Shown in pieces: positions 51,342 to 64,000 of a stretch of 64,000 nucleotides of DNA. The notes under the pieces are model-generated. The model ran no database searches. It was not told the DNA's origin and was given only the letters and a program-made list of their open reading frames with translations. The stretch comes from Octopus sinensis. Its lineage: Eukaryota. The translations under genes and the position numbers were made by a program. The stretch's first letter is position 1. Each line of letters opens with the position of its first letter. The stretch covers positions 30,144,464-30,208,463 of the forward strand of contig NC_043011.1 of NCBI RefSeq assembly GCF_006345805.1, given 5' to 3'.

Positions 51342-51520
51342 ACACAGTACAGCAATGTCATCTATAGTTAGATGTAAAGTGGTTGTTGTTGTACGCAGTG
51401 TTGTGAGGTCATCTGTAAATAGATGTAAAGGATGTTGTAGTAGTAGCAGTAGTAGTAGTTGTTGTTTGTTGTTGTTGTTGTTGCCCAGTAGAGTGAGTTC
51501 ATTTATAGATGAACTCACAG
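51105..51520. repeat. Degenerate ~55-60-bp minisatellite with (TTG)n spacers
   Basis: Recurrent acag..gtgaggtcatctata..tagatgta units. Confidence 0.7.
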
Positions 51521-52699
51521 TAAGAAAGGGGAGGAAATAAGAATGAACTAGCCTAGACAAATATTTAGATATGAAAATGATGAAAGAAAAAAACTCAAGC
51601 CAGACTAGAAACGGAAGACTGACAGTGAAATATTCCCAAAGAATCACAGACACACAAACACACAAACATACATACAAACAGACAAACTATACACAGAACC
51701 ATGCACAGACATACAAATTCTACACAGACACAAACCTTACATACAAGCATAGACAGACGGTCAAACTCTGTGTACAAGCACACATACATACATACACACT
51801 CTGCACATAAATATACATATACAAAGTCTACACAAAGACACTACACACAAACACACAAAATATACATACATAAACAGAGAAAGAGGTGTTTGTTGTCTTT
51901 TTGTTTTGTTCTGTTTTATAGATATTTTTGCGTTATTAATAATGAAAATGGTGGAACCTCAACTGTTACCAAGTTCAGATAAACATAGAATTGATTATGG
52001 TAACTATGATAAAAATAAACACATGCAGACAACAAAGGAACAAAATATAGTAAAATAAATATAAGGAAACAATAAACACAAAATAAAACAAATTAAAATT
52101 AATAATCTAAACAAAAATATTTATGCCATCATCAAATATTAATAATATTGGCACAAGGCTGCATGTTTCAAGGTTTATTGTCGTTAACACCAGTTTAGTA
52201 ATTAACTGGTATTTAATTTTATCAAACCCAGGAGAATGAAAAGCAAAGCTGACTTTGGTGGTATTTGAACTGGAAACATTAAAAGCCTTAGTTATTTATT
52301 TCAAAGCATTTTGTGTGATGCACTAATTATTCTTCTAATTCATTGCCATGCTTTTTTTTTTTGACAACAAATTTTATGAAACAGAAAATATAATCTACAG
52401 TCGCATAAAAATTTGAGAAAAATACCCCAACATAATTAATGGTAAAAAGAAGAATAAGAATAAGTGCAAGTATGGTTGGGAGGTTAAGAAGCTTCTTTTG
52501 CAATTAAAGGGTTTTGGGTTTTTGTTCCACAGTGCAGCAGTTTGGGCAAGTGTCTTATAATATAGCCCCAAATGACCAATGCCTTATGAATGAATTTGGT
52601 AGATGGAAACTGAAATAAGCCCATCATATGTGTGTGTGTGTATGTGTGTATGAGTCTTTTTGTTAGTCCTCAACCACTGCATAACAGCTGATGTCTTCT

Positions 52700-53182
52700 T
52701 TCTTCTTCCAATCAGGACTCACACCATTAGCTACAAAGAATAATCTCTAATTCGAGCCTACTCTAAGCTACTAAGAATGTGTATGGCAACTTAAAGATCC
52801 ACCCACGGCATGCAATAGACTGGGGGTTGCACAGGCGTGAAAGCTACATTGTTATCCTCATTCCGCAAACGGTGGCTTTTTAACGAGTGGAGAGCTGAAT
52901 CATCCTGGGGTACAGAGGATTCGCAAACTAGACTAGGGTCTGAAAGTTTTACCACACCATAGTGGATTACACCCTGGTTCCTCTGCTTTGTGGCAGAAGT
53001 AGGAAGAAAGAGTGAGAGAAAGTTGTGGTGAAAATGTACAGCAGGGTTCACTCCCACTAGAGCCTCACGAAGCTTAGGTGTTTTTGCTCATTAAACACTC
53101 ATAATGCCCGGTCTGGGAATCAAAATCATTTTCTTACAACCACGAGTCTGCTGCCCTAACCACTGAGCCATTGCACCTCCAC
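52700..53182 (-). mobile_element. tRNA-derived SINE with a distinct long body, nested in a family 1 copy
   Basis: Minus-strand head gtggaggtgcaatggctcagtggttagggcag..ttgattccc; flanked by acagctga / acagctgg. Confidence 0.65.
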
Positions 53183-53644
53183 ACAGCTGGTGTTATTTTC
53201 TTAACGTCTTTCTAACTTTTTGGGGGTAGCCAGATTGAGTGCTGCCCTTTTGTTCCCCTTCTTATATAGGCTTAATACAGCAGATACAGAAGTACAGCTT
53301 GCATAACAGCATTGCCCAGACAGACTACAACACCCTTACCCCACCTGGCCATGCTATTGTATCTAGGTATGGCATTCCCTTCCCTTTAGCTTACAGAGAG
53401 GAGTGGCTTAAAGTATCTGGTTCCATCTCCCAAACATGATCCTCCTGAACAATTAGTACACCCTTAATTCCTAATGTCCATTTTCAATTTTGTCCAAAAG
53501 GTTAATGCTCTGGAGAGAAAAGGTTGTGTATAGTGGTTAGTATGAGACTGAAGAGAGTAGACAGAATATGAAGGCAAAATGTTTCAAAAGGGGACAGAGT
53601 GGAGTTGGCACAAGATCGACCATATTCAAAGAGCAGAAGCCACT

Positions 53645-53770
53645 TCAGTAGTAGTAGTAGTAGTAGTAGTAGTAGGATGAGGAGAAGGAGGAGGAGGAGG
53701 AGGAGGAGGAGGAGAAGAAGGAGGAGGAGCAGTAGAAGTAGTAGTAGTAGTAGCAGCAGCAGCAGCAGGA
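53645..53770. repeat. (AGT)n/(AGG)n/(AGC)n microsatellite
   Basis: Read directly. Confidence 0.9.
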
Positions 53771-54189
53771 AAAGTAACGAGGAGACACAGCAGTTCTATG
53801 GTCACAGAGGTTGGTGAGTGATTCCATGCCAATCATGATCCCTTCAGAACACAGTTGCAATACAACTGCATACAACTCAGTGAGTTGGGGGGCTTTGTTA
53901 ATGGTCCCCAAGGGCCAGATACTGAGTAACAGATTAAATCCATTACATGAGACAACGGGCCAATGAGACAAGCCAATGAGAGAGCTTCTGCATGGATATA
54001 GTTACTTAACTCCAGGTCAAATCTCACTAAACAGAACAATGACCAAAGATATTCCAACAGTGGTCAAAGTACATTTTAGTCTTATTTACAGTAATCTCAT
54101 AATCACATTTTTCTATATGTCCTTTTGTAAGACAGTAAGATAGCACCATCGTTACAGCCTCATTCGTTCATAACATATATTCTTTCTTT

Positions 54190-55380
54190 TATTCTTTTAC
54201 TTGTTTCAGTCATTCGACTGCAGCCATGCTGGAGCACTGCCTTTAGTCGGAGCAAATCGACCCCAGGACTTATTCTTTGTAAACTTAATACTTATTCTAT
54301 CGGTCTCATTGCTTGACAACCGATGCTGTGTGTTTACATCCCTGTAACTTAGCGGTTCAGCAAAAGAGATCCGATGGAATTAGTACTAGGCTTGCAAAGA
54401 ATAAATCCTGGGGTCGATTTCCTCAACTAAAAGCGGTGCTCCAGCATGGCCACAGTCAAATGACTGAAACAAGTAAAAGAGTATATATTTTTAATATTTT
54501 ATTTGTTATCAGCCATGCTTGGACACTGCTTTGAAGGGTTTTAGTCAAACAGATTGAACCCCCAATATTTATTTTCATGTCTGGAACTTATTCTATTGAT
54601 TTTTTTTTTGCCAAACTGCTAAGTTACAGAGACATAAACAAATCAGTGCCATTTGTTGAGTAGTGCGTGTGCATATGGAGGTGGTTACAAACAAACACAC
54701 ACACATACACATGCACTCATACATACATATACACACACGTGTATATATACTTTTATTCTTTTACTTGTTTCAGTCATCTGACTGTGGCCACACTGGAGCA
54801 CCGTTTGAAGGATTTTAGTCAAACAATTCAACCTCTGGACTTATTATTTTTAAAGCCTAGTACTTATTTTATCGGTCTCTTTTGCTGAACTGCTAGTCAC
54901 AGGGATGTAAACACACCAACACCAGTTGTTAAGCAGTGGTGGGGGGACAAACACAGACACAGACACACACATGCAAATATATACATATATACATATATTC
55001 TTTTATTTGTTTCAGTCATGTGACTGTGGCCAGGCTGGAGCACCACCTTTAGTCGAACAAACTGATCCCAGAACTTATTCTTTGCAAGCCTAGTACTTAT
55101 TCTATCGGTCTCTTTTGCCGAACTGCTAAGTTATGGGGATGTAAACACACCAACATCAGTTGTCAAGTGATGGTGGGTGGACAAACACAGATGCACACAC
55201 ACACACACATATATGCGACAGGCTTATTTCAGTTTCCATCTACCAAATCCACACACAAGGCTTTGGTCGTCTTAAGGCTATAGCAGAAGACACTTTCCCA
55301 AGGTGCCATGCAGTGGGACTGAAGATGGAACCATGTAGTTGAGAAGCAAGCTTCTTACCACACTGCCATGCTTGTGCCTA
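54190..55380. mobile_element. SINE family 1 cluster: abutting inverted tails at 54190-54482, then three minus-strand copies
   Basis: Tail sequence appears in both orientations; full copy at 54997-55380. Confidence 0.85.
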
Positions 55381-55391
55381 TATGTACATAT

Positions 55392-55623
55392 GAAGGCGGC
55401 GAGCTGGCAGAAACATTAGCACGCCGGGCGAAATGCGTTGCCGTATTTCGTCTGCCGTTACGTTCCAAGTTCAAATTCCGCCGAGGTCGATTTTGCCTTT
55501 CATCCTTCCGGGGTCGATAAATTAAGTACCAGTTACGCACTGGGATCGATGTAATCAACTTAATCCGTTTGTCTATCCTTGTTTGTCTCCTCTGTGTTTA
55601 GCCTCTTGTGGGTAGTAAAGAAA
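55392..55623 (+). mobile_element. SINE family 2, young full copy
   Basis: CpG-rich head through to gggtagtaaagaaata. Confidence 0.9.
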
Positions 55624-55713
55624 TATATATATGTACACATACATACACAGACACACACATGAATACTCACACATCCCTACACATTTTTTCTCTCTTCTTT
55701 TTTTCTTCTTAAT

Positions 55714-55842
55714 CCTTTATGTCAAAGAGCATAGGCTGGAAATATAAAAGGCTTTTCTATTCTTCCCAAGCAGTAAACTAATACACTTGCTTGTTGTTCC
55801 TACAGCTGTCTACATCTTATGTTTTCTGTAAATTTGAACTAC
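55714..55842 (+). mobile_element. Decayed copy of the 24680-24860 family
   Basis: ccttt atgtcaa a gagc atag gctg gaaa tataaaagg..ttcccaagc..aactaatacac. Confidence 0.6.
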
Positions 55843-56039
55843 ACACACACACATACGCACATACAAATACATATTTTATCTTAATAATTCTGAAGTTCAC
55901 TCTATATGATCGTTTTACTCATTTGTTTTTCTCTCTTCTTCTCTCTCTTATTCTTTTACCCCCTCTTCTCCCACTATTCTACCCTATTACTCTGTAACTC
56001 CCTCTCCCTCACTCCTCCTCCCTTGCTCACGTAGTTCCC

Positions 56040-56468
56040 ACATGACCATCGGCTATCTTTCTTTCTTTCTCTCCATTGTAGCTGGAACAAGGAAGACATG
56101 TTCTTGTTTGTCTCCTGTCCTAGCTTGATTTACACATTTGCCACCACAATCTCATTTAGGCTTAGCAGCCCTTCCTCTTTGTTTCCACTGTCCTGTTTGT
56201 GTTACTAATTTTGACCCTCTGCAAAATCCCAAATTTTATTTAATTTGCTTTGTGTGAACAACTGCTTTATCAAAAGCGTACATTGTTGCTAAATGCTCGA
56301 AATACGAGACTAGAAAAACAGCCAACAACTGATGAAGGGTCGTTCTTTACATTATTTGTTTTGTTTTCCATTTGTGTCTTTCGTTGTTCGAAAGAATAGT
56401 TCATGCTCCATGTATACATGCTTCATATTTTTTGTTGTACACTTTTCGTGACGTCCTGTGCCGACATA

Positions 56469-56470
<2 letters not shown>
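56040..56470 (+). mobile_element. Diverged member of the 24079-24560 family
   Basis: atgctcgaaa..cagccaacaactgatgaagggtc..gtgacgtcctgt, ending at (TA)n. Confidence 0.65.
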
Positions 56471-56512
<42 letters not shown>

Positions 56513-56534
56513 TGTAAGTATGTACATATATGTA

Positions 56535-56585
<51 letters not shown>

Positions 56586-56776
56586 TATATTATTATATGA
56601 TCGAACGCTCTGCATCCACTTCCAAGTAAGTTTTATCTATCTATATCTATATCTATCTACCTATATATATACCGGAGTAAACACATATATGGGAAACAAG
56701 GTGGAAAAAAGAGTACTCAAATAGCAGTGGTAGAGTAATATGCTTTATTTAAAAGCAGCAGAAAATTCAACAAAGC

Positions 56777-56814
56777 CTGTTACTCTGAGTTTCACGTTCC
56801 CGTTCGTCGGACAG
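56777..56814 (-). ncRNA. Minimal type I hammerhead, U4C variant
   Basis: Minus strand: CUGU CCGACGA ACG GGAA CGU GAAA CUCAGAG UA ACAG. All three stems close, and stem II has a GNRA loop. Confidence 0.7.
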
Positions 56815-56826
56815 TTTTTGCAAAAA

Positions 56827-56864
56827 CTGTCCGACGAACGGGAACATGAAACTCAGAGTAACAA
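56827..56864 (+). ncRNA. Mirror copy of the U4C hammerhead (two substitutions)
   Basis: CUGU CCGACGA ACG GGAA CAU GAAA CUCAGAG UA ACAA. Confidence 0.6.
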
Positions 56865-56891
56865 TTTTTGTTGAATTTTCTGCTGCTTTTA

Positions 56892-56933
<42 letters not shown>

Positions 56934-58212
56934 GACACACAATGAGCTTCCACACAATGAGCTTCCACACAATTTCTGTCTACCAAATTCTCTCACATGG
57001 CAACTATAGCAGAAGGCACTTGCCCAAGGTGCTGCTCAGTGGGACAGAACCCAGACTCAAATGGTTGCAAAGCAAGCTTTTTAACCGCACACCCATACCC
57101 ATACCTGCAATTACCTTATTAATGAAAATAAATGAACTATGAAATGAACCATATAGAACAAGCACACAATGTTGAGATTATCTGCATTGTACTGATTTTT
57201 CTAATTTTAACCTTTTCTTATTTCCATTTTCTCTCTGAAAATATGCAAATCTTAAAATACATTTAAATTGATTTTCTGTATCTATTTCTCTGTACATCGG
57301 CAAAGTTTGGAAGAAGCTTCTAAAAATTTGGTATTAAGCCAAGATTCAGTTCCCCTAATTTCAAATTCAATGATCAAAGTTTTGACAAGATTTACATTCT
57401 TCAACTTTAGGATTTTTTGGGCCAATATTTCTGATTCCAATAGTTAGAAGAGGATAGAAAAATAAAAGTCTTTTTGGCTAACCACCTTGTCACTCACCTC
57501 ACTTGTTCTTGCAAATTTATTCACCTGGAAGAAGTTACTAAGTTCAAAATGTGTGTATGTGGATGTAAGAATCTATGTGTATCTATGACGGAATATGTGT
57601 TTTTTTGTGAGTGTATATGTTTGGTATGTGTTTGTGCGTGTGTCTTTGAGTATGTAAATCTGTATATATGTGTATGCATGTGAATGCTAGAACCTATGTA
57701 TGTTCGTGATTGAATATGTATTTTTCTAAGAGTATGTTAGTGTGTGTGCATGAGTGTATATGTCGGCATGTATGTGTGTGTATTTGTATGTCTGTGTATG
57801 AGTGAATGTATGTAAATTTGAGAATCTATGTGCAGGTGTGTGTTTGTGATTGAATATGTGTTTTAGAGAGTATACAAGTGTGTGTGAACATGTGTTTTCT
57901 GTGCATATGTATGAATCTCAGTATGAGTGTATGTATATGAACGCGAACTTGAGTTTGTGTGAATATAAGGATGTGTATGCCTGAGTGAATGTAAATACAT
58001 GTTTGCATGTGTGTGTCTGTAAATGTGTGAATGTGCATATGTTAATTAGTTTCTGTGTATGTGTGTGTGAGACAGAAAGAATATGTATGCAAGTATTTGT
58101 CTGAGTGTACGCATGAGTGTGTACATGCATATGTGCATGTGTATATATATAAGTATGCATATATCACATATGTATATACACGTGTTCATGTGTCTATGAA
58201 TGTATTTTAAGA

Positions 58213-59139
58213 CAAGGTGGTATCAAAATGTTCCCAAACTAGATATGTTTAATAACAAATAACTTATTTACCTAAATTTTAGCATCATCTCTTTCGAAAT
58301 AGTCACCTTGCACAGTAATATGCCGGTCTCAGCAATCCTGCCACTTTTGAAATCTGGCCTGGAAGTCATTTTCTATATGTGAGTTGAGAACCATTTGTGA
58401 TTCACTTTGTATTTCGACAACGGTGTTAAAATGGGGGACCTTTGAGCTGCATTTTCATTTTGGAGAGAAGATGAAAACCTGCAGGTGCTAAATCTGGTGT
58501 AATGGGCAGGTGTGAAAATGATACCATGTTGTTTTTGGTGAGAAACTCATGAATGAGGACAACTTGTTGACAGGGTACACTGTCATCATGAAATATACAA
58601 TTCCTCATGCTCCATGCTCCGCAGATCCGGTCACTTTCACCAAATGTCCTCCTTCAAATGCTTCAAAATGTCACGGAAGAACTCTCAATTGATGGTCTGG
58701 TCCTGAGGTATGAATTCTTAATGTACAATACCACATTTCCAGAGGTGATGCTCATGGCAGGTCTTCCAGATTGCTCATCATCTTTCAGTGATGCTCTTCC
58801 ACTTTTGAAGCACCCATGCCACTCGAAGCATAGTGTACAACCCATTGCCTTGTTGCTGTAAACTTGCCAAAGCATGCTCAATGTCTCTGTAGCAGACTCC
58901 CTAAGTTTAATGCAAAATTCTATGTTGGCTCTTTGTTTCTGTCCATTACAAAACCACAGACTACAGCATACGTGTGATCACAAAAACAAATTTCACAACT
59001 TGAGAAATAAACACAGTGATGTCACTCAGCACTCTGCCTCATGAAGGCCACTGCTAGCTCTCATGGTGCATGCAACCATGTGCTGCCATCTGTTGGCATA
59101 TTAGAGAACTAACCTGGGAACATTCTGATACCACCTCGC
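58213..59139 (-). mobile_element. Degenerate, internally deleted mariner (irritans-like)
   Basis: TIRs caaggtggtatcaaaatgttccca / tgggaacattctgataccacctcg. Minus-strand fragments FEWHGCFKSGRASLKDDEQSGRP, HDDSVPC and TPDLAPAGFHLLSKMKMQLKG, with stops and frameshifts. Confidence 0.88.
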
Positions 59140-59146
59140 GCATGCA

Positions 59147-59181
<35 letters not shown>

Positions 59182-59727
59182 CCAAATGAGCATATGTGTA
59201 TATCAGCATGTCTGTGTGTTCACCTGTATGTGAGTCTATGTGTAGGTGTATTTATTTGTATATGTTTTTGTTTGTCTGTAAGATCAGCAGTACAAGAGAG
59301 GAGAGTGAAGAAAGAGTGTACATGGCAAAACATGTTTGATGTTGCATCCCTCAACATAGGTTTCAAGATGGGCCAGAGAGGTCAAGTGAGGTGAGAGGTA
59401 CTAGGAAGGATGTAATGTACCAGGTATGCATCAATAACTGGTACTAATTGTTGTTTTGTACCTGTGAATAGTACAAATGAATGTTGATAAGAGGGTCAGG
59501 TAGATGCTCTAGTTCACCCAGTTGCAATGATTTATAGGTATTCTATATATATAAAAAAAAATCCAACCTTGTTTTATAATTAAATTTTCTTAAGAACTGG
59601 TTTAAAAAATTAAAATATGTTGTGTTTTATAAAATCAGCTTATTGTAGATAAATGTTAAGAACAGAATCTTATGAACCGACAAATGTCATATGAAACTCT
59701 GTTGAGAATCATCGTTGTAAGGCTTAC

Positions 59728-59852
59728 ATTTCGTGTACTTTTACAGCAAATCTCGCACAGAATGGATTAATAGACTCAACGAAATATCACTGGCACAACC
59801 CTCTTTTCAGCTGTCACATCCAGGATTTTCCATTCGGTCAAGAGTGAGAAAC
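59728..59852. other. Candidate small exon (strand unresolved)
   Basis: Unique CpG-containing island. Plus strand: ttttacag|59747..59843|gtgaga, open as KSRTEWINRLNEISLAQPSFQLSHPGFSIRSR. Minus strand: ttgcag|59852..59728|gtaagc. Confidence 0.25.
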
Positions 59853-61297
59853 CTGCAAGAGTTGTTATGTTTACCTATAACTTTCTTGACACTTAAAATA
59901 AGTAGAAAAGTAAGGTACAAGTTCATAAGACAGCTGGCTGCCCTATACATCACTCAGATTTTAAACACTCTCTGTAATATGCTGGTTGGCAGTATAATAT
60001 AATAAGCAGACGTAATGTACATTGATGTTCATATATGGCTCTTAATTAGACTCCTTCAGTGCAGAAACCTTGGTGGTTCAAATCAGAAATATATTACTGT
60101 CTTGATATAATCACACTGAACTTTTCTTCCTTTTTCTTCCTCTCTCTTTTTTTTTTTCATGAAGTGTGTGACTGTAAGCAGAATGTAACAGTAAATGAAT
60201 AATACCAAAAATTTGTGAAATAAATAACACCAAAAATTAGTCTAAGGTGGTGCTCCAGCATGGTCACAGTCACATGACTGAAACTAGTAAAAGTAAAAAT
60301 ATACAGTCACGCATCCCATCAAAAGGTAACTATGAATAATATAAGCATAAATGACTTGTAGTAAAACATCATTTTGTAGCTATTGAAGTATTTATCAAGA
60401 ATAATTTCCAGATATTTCTGTAATAAAATGATGTAAAATAAAATAAAAAATATCGTCTTCATTAGCTGTTTGATAAACTTCATATGTTGCCATGGTTACA
60501 AACAACTTTTATCATCATCGTATATTGCATAACACAGATTATTGAGATAGTGCATATGAGATTATAGGCCAAACACACACTTCCATATACATGAGAGGAA
60601 GAGAGAGGGGGAGAAAGAGATGGAGGAGTGAGAAAGTAAAATGTTGGAGAAAGAGAGTTGTTATTGACAGATTCTGCAGGTTATCATACAATCATCAGAA
60701 GAATCTATAGATCGCTCATAGATTGTATCTTAACAACAACAACACTATGCTATATACACAAAACAGAATATTACTATTTAACTATCCTTTACACTATGTT
60801 GTCAATAACCTACACATGGTGATATACTAAAGCAGTAATGGAAAGTCTATTACATGCATATCAGCAGTGATGCATCACTAGTTTTTTTTACAGGTGATTT
60901 AAGATGGAATTTAAAAAAAAAAGACTCTGGCAATGCCATGTTTCGAAACACATATCTATAACTATCTACCTAAAACTAAAATGAGTGGGTATATGTGACT
61001 CCACAATAAAGCACATGACTTAACTATCAAAGAAATAAAATTTTCAGCACATTAGACAAAAAAAAAAGTGTATGCTGTCACTGTATTAAGGCATAACTGT
61101 AATGATAGACTTAACACAGCAGTGCCTTGTTAAATGCCACAACTTGGGTCTTCAATAATGTCAATGGAATTCAATCTGTTGCATGGATTTCAATGCAACT
61201 CCTTAGTTTAACCTTTTACCAATCCTGTGTATTACATTTGATACAGAGGACATATTTCCTGGGCATCCATGCATCATTTATTCATGATATACATTAC

Positions 61298-61708
61298 AGG
61301 CATAGGAGTGGCCGTGTGGTAAGTAGCTTGCATATGAACCACATGGTTCTGGGTTCAGTCTCACTGCATGGCACCTTGGGCAAATGTCTTCTACTATAGC
61401 TTCTGGCCGACCAAATGCCTATGAGTGGCTTTGGTAGATGGAAACTGAAAGAAGCCCGTTGTATATATGTATATATATATAGATATATGTATGTTTGTGT
61501 ATATGTTTGTGTGTCTGTGTTTGTCCCCCCAACATTGCTTGACAACCGATGCTGGTGTGTTTATGTCCCTGTAACTTAGCGGTTCAGCAAAAGAGACCTA
61601 TAGAATAAGTACTAGGCTTACAAAGAATAAGTTCTGGGGGCGATTTGCTCGACTAAAGGTGGTGCTCCAGCATGGCCACAGTCAAATGATTGAAACAAGT
61701 AAAAGAGT
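61298..61708 (+). mobile_element. SINE family 1, full length
   Basis: Head, internal (TA)/(TG), tail. Confidence 0.9.
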
Positions 61709-62084
61709 ATTCCATTTTCAATTTTTTCTTCAGCCACTAGAGTAACTTGTGATTTATGAAATGGAAGCTTTATATTACTCAGGATGTATGAAACAGGGGC
61801 TAACTAAAACGTTTGAAAACAAGTATGGAGATTTAGGACAAAATTATGAAAATGGTTCAGAGAGACAAATAATTAAATATGATTTCATATCCTCTTCACA
61901 CTGTTTTGAGTGTTTGTGGCTTGGGTTACACAGTCTCTTGGTGTAGCTCTTTTGAACTGAGTTTCTCTTTCAAAAAATATATGTGATTCAAATAATACAC
62001 ACACAACAATAGCAAAACTACTGATAAAGTGATGCTTCACATAAAAATACCTTGCGGTATTTATTCAGCCCATTTTGCACCAAC

Positions 62085-62204
62085 ACTTATGGCCATATCA
62101 TATTGGAATCACTGGTTGGTTCTTGTCTAATCACTGAAGCTAAAAAATGGTGAGTCTAGTTAGTATAGACAGGTAGCCACTCGGGAAATGTGGATGTTGT
62201 AATC
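62085..62204 (+). pseudogene. Decayed 5S rRNA copy (pseudogene or SINE3 head)
   Basis: ttatggccatatca..ggttcttgtctaatcactgaagctaa..gttagta..gggaa..gtgg atgttgta is colinear with recalled metazoan 5S rRNA over ~120 nt; many differences are CpG-type transitions. Confidence 0.75.
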
Positions 62205-62769
62205 AGTAACCACCAAGGTCCAGTTCATGTTGTGGTATATGGTAGCTCGTGTGTCTTAGTGCCCTGAGAGCCATGCCAGTAGAGCATAAGCACCTGGTAG
62301 GGCCTTCCATGCTGGATAGCTCCAAGGATAGAGGCCAGATGAATATAGATCACTTCTTCTCAGAGGTAAATATAGATTCACTTAGAAATCACACCCCTAC
62401 CAAAAATAAAAGACAGTTTCAGAAGCATCAAGAATAATTCATAACCAACAAGATCTGGGAGAGAAAGGATTCCCCCCAGGGAGCAGCGCTGACAATCCAG
62501 AGTCAAAAACAGTGGGGAAAATCCAACAATGACCTAAGCTTTTTGGGGAGCAAAGCTCTTAAGTATGTTATGTAATGTTGCACCAACACATGTTTGTCAT
62601 TCCTGTATGTTAAATTTAAACTAATTATAGGTCGATTAGAAACTGATAACCAATGATTCTATTGTTCACGAAAGCATGATATACCATGCAGCGGTGGTGC
62701 CCCAGCATAGCCGCGGCTTTTGGGCTAAAACATTTTTAAGGATTTAAGGATTTATAAAATATCAGACAA

Positions 62770-62985
62770 ATATGGCAAGCTCACAGAATTGCTAGCATGC
62801 CAAGCAAAATACTTAGTGGCTTTTCGTCCATCTTTGTGTTCTGAGTTCAAATTCTGCCGAGGTTGACTTTACCCTTCATCCGCTAGGGGTTGATAAAATA
62901 AGTACAAGTTGAGCAGTGGGGTCAATGTAATTGACTTGCTTCCACTCCTGAAATTATTGGCTTTGTGCAAAAACTTGAAACCAAT
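62770..62985 (+). mobile_element. SINE family 2
   Basis: Degenerate head, B-box and Meta-like domain. Confidence 0.75.
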
Positions 62986-63261
62986 ATAAAATGTCTGACA
63001 CAAAGAATCAACAAGACAGAAACAAAAATAGAGAATACTTTCGTCAATTGAATAATTTTGTCCGTTAATACTTTCAAAGTATTAAATATTTTTATATGAC
63101 CAATAAACATACATTCCATTATTTTATATACTTCGTTTGTTTGTCTTCTTTTAGATTACCAACATTTAATGCTTAGTGATTCTCATGACTTTGCTGACTC
63201 CACTATGGGCCTTGGTACTAACAATGTAGGTATTACAGTAAAAGATTAAAAAGCCATTAAT

Positions 63262-63291
63262 ATAGATACACACACACGTATGTGTGTATAT

Positions 63292-63362
<71 letters not shown>

Positions 63363-63409
63363 CATATATATATATACATATATATACATATATATATATA
63401 TATTACATA

Positions 63410-63484
<75 letters not shown>

Positions 63485-63584
63485 TATATACATATATATA
63501 TATGCATGTATGCATATATATATATATTATATATATATACACACATACATACATACATACATACATACATACATACATACATAC

Positions 63585-63620
<36 letters not shown>
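63262..63620. repeat. (TA)n/(TACA)n microsatellite
   Basis: Read directly. Confidence 0.9.
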
Positions 63621-63621
<1 letters not shown>

Positions 63622-64000
63622 ATGCATCATTGGCAGCCTGGGTGAATTAAAATGGTCTGACAGATGAATGTCTGTATTGGCATTGTCTTGATGTTTCCAT
63701 AGCAACACTGACATAACTTTGATATATATCTAACCTGTATCACTGAGAGATATTCTTTATAAAGATTTTCGGTAAGTAGTTAGTAATGAAAGTATTGTAT
63801 ACTTTCATTTTTGACATAACCCCCATACCAACTGCATCTTGTCTAACGAAAAAAAAATAATAAATGATGGAAAAAGTTTATTGAAATTGTTACTTCTGGA
63901 AGCATTTATTATTTCGGTAAGATATTTTATAGGAAGTAATGTAAAATAGATTTAAGTGTTTCAGAAAGTCACTGTGTCAAAGATGGAAATCAAGGAGTAA

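Larger units (their letters stand above)
56650..56891. mobile_element. (TA)n-embedded palindromic element with two divergent hammerheads
   Basis: Arms 56750-56820 and 56821-56891 with no spacer (tttttg|caaaaa). Confidence 0.85.

Noticed and set aside
59790-59830. Minus-strand GCDS-TGA as a CxxU selenoprotein motif
   Set aside because: The frame ends in TAA within the same putative exon, there is no family resemblance, and no SECIS was seen.

Overview
AT-rich, repeat-saturated eukaryotic non-coding DNA (intronic or intergenic). The SINE and microsatellite repertoire suggests an octopus or other coleoid cephalopod; this is inferred from recalled repeat families, not from a search. No host protein-coding gene can be called confidently, and most ORF-track entries are translated (TA)n/(CA)n/(GA)n tracts or SINE read-through. 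Recognisable content: dozens of copies of four SINE-type families, two internally deleted mariner transposons, a piggyBac-type MITE, a HERO-type retrotransposon 3' fragment, a decayed 5S rRNA copy fused to an RTE-like leader, and minisatellites. The main unexplained signal is a set of short (0.15-0.8 kb) non-coding elements from several unrelated sequence families, most lying in or next to (TA)n tracts. They carry type I hammerhead ribozyme (HHR) folds with short palindromic stem III: about 17 complete or decayed cores plus 4 half-motifs. They occur as direct repeats (a 508-nt retrozyme-like monomer), as a circularly permuted relative, and as fold-back palindromes, and they show core variants (G3-C8, U4C, A6U, G8A). 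All folds were paired by eye, and coordinates of degenerate repeats are approximate.
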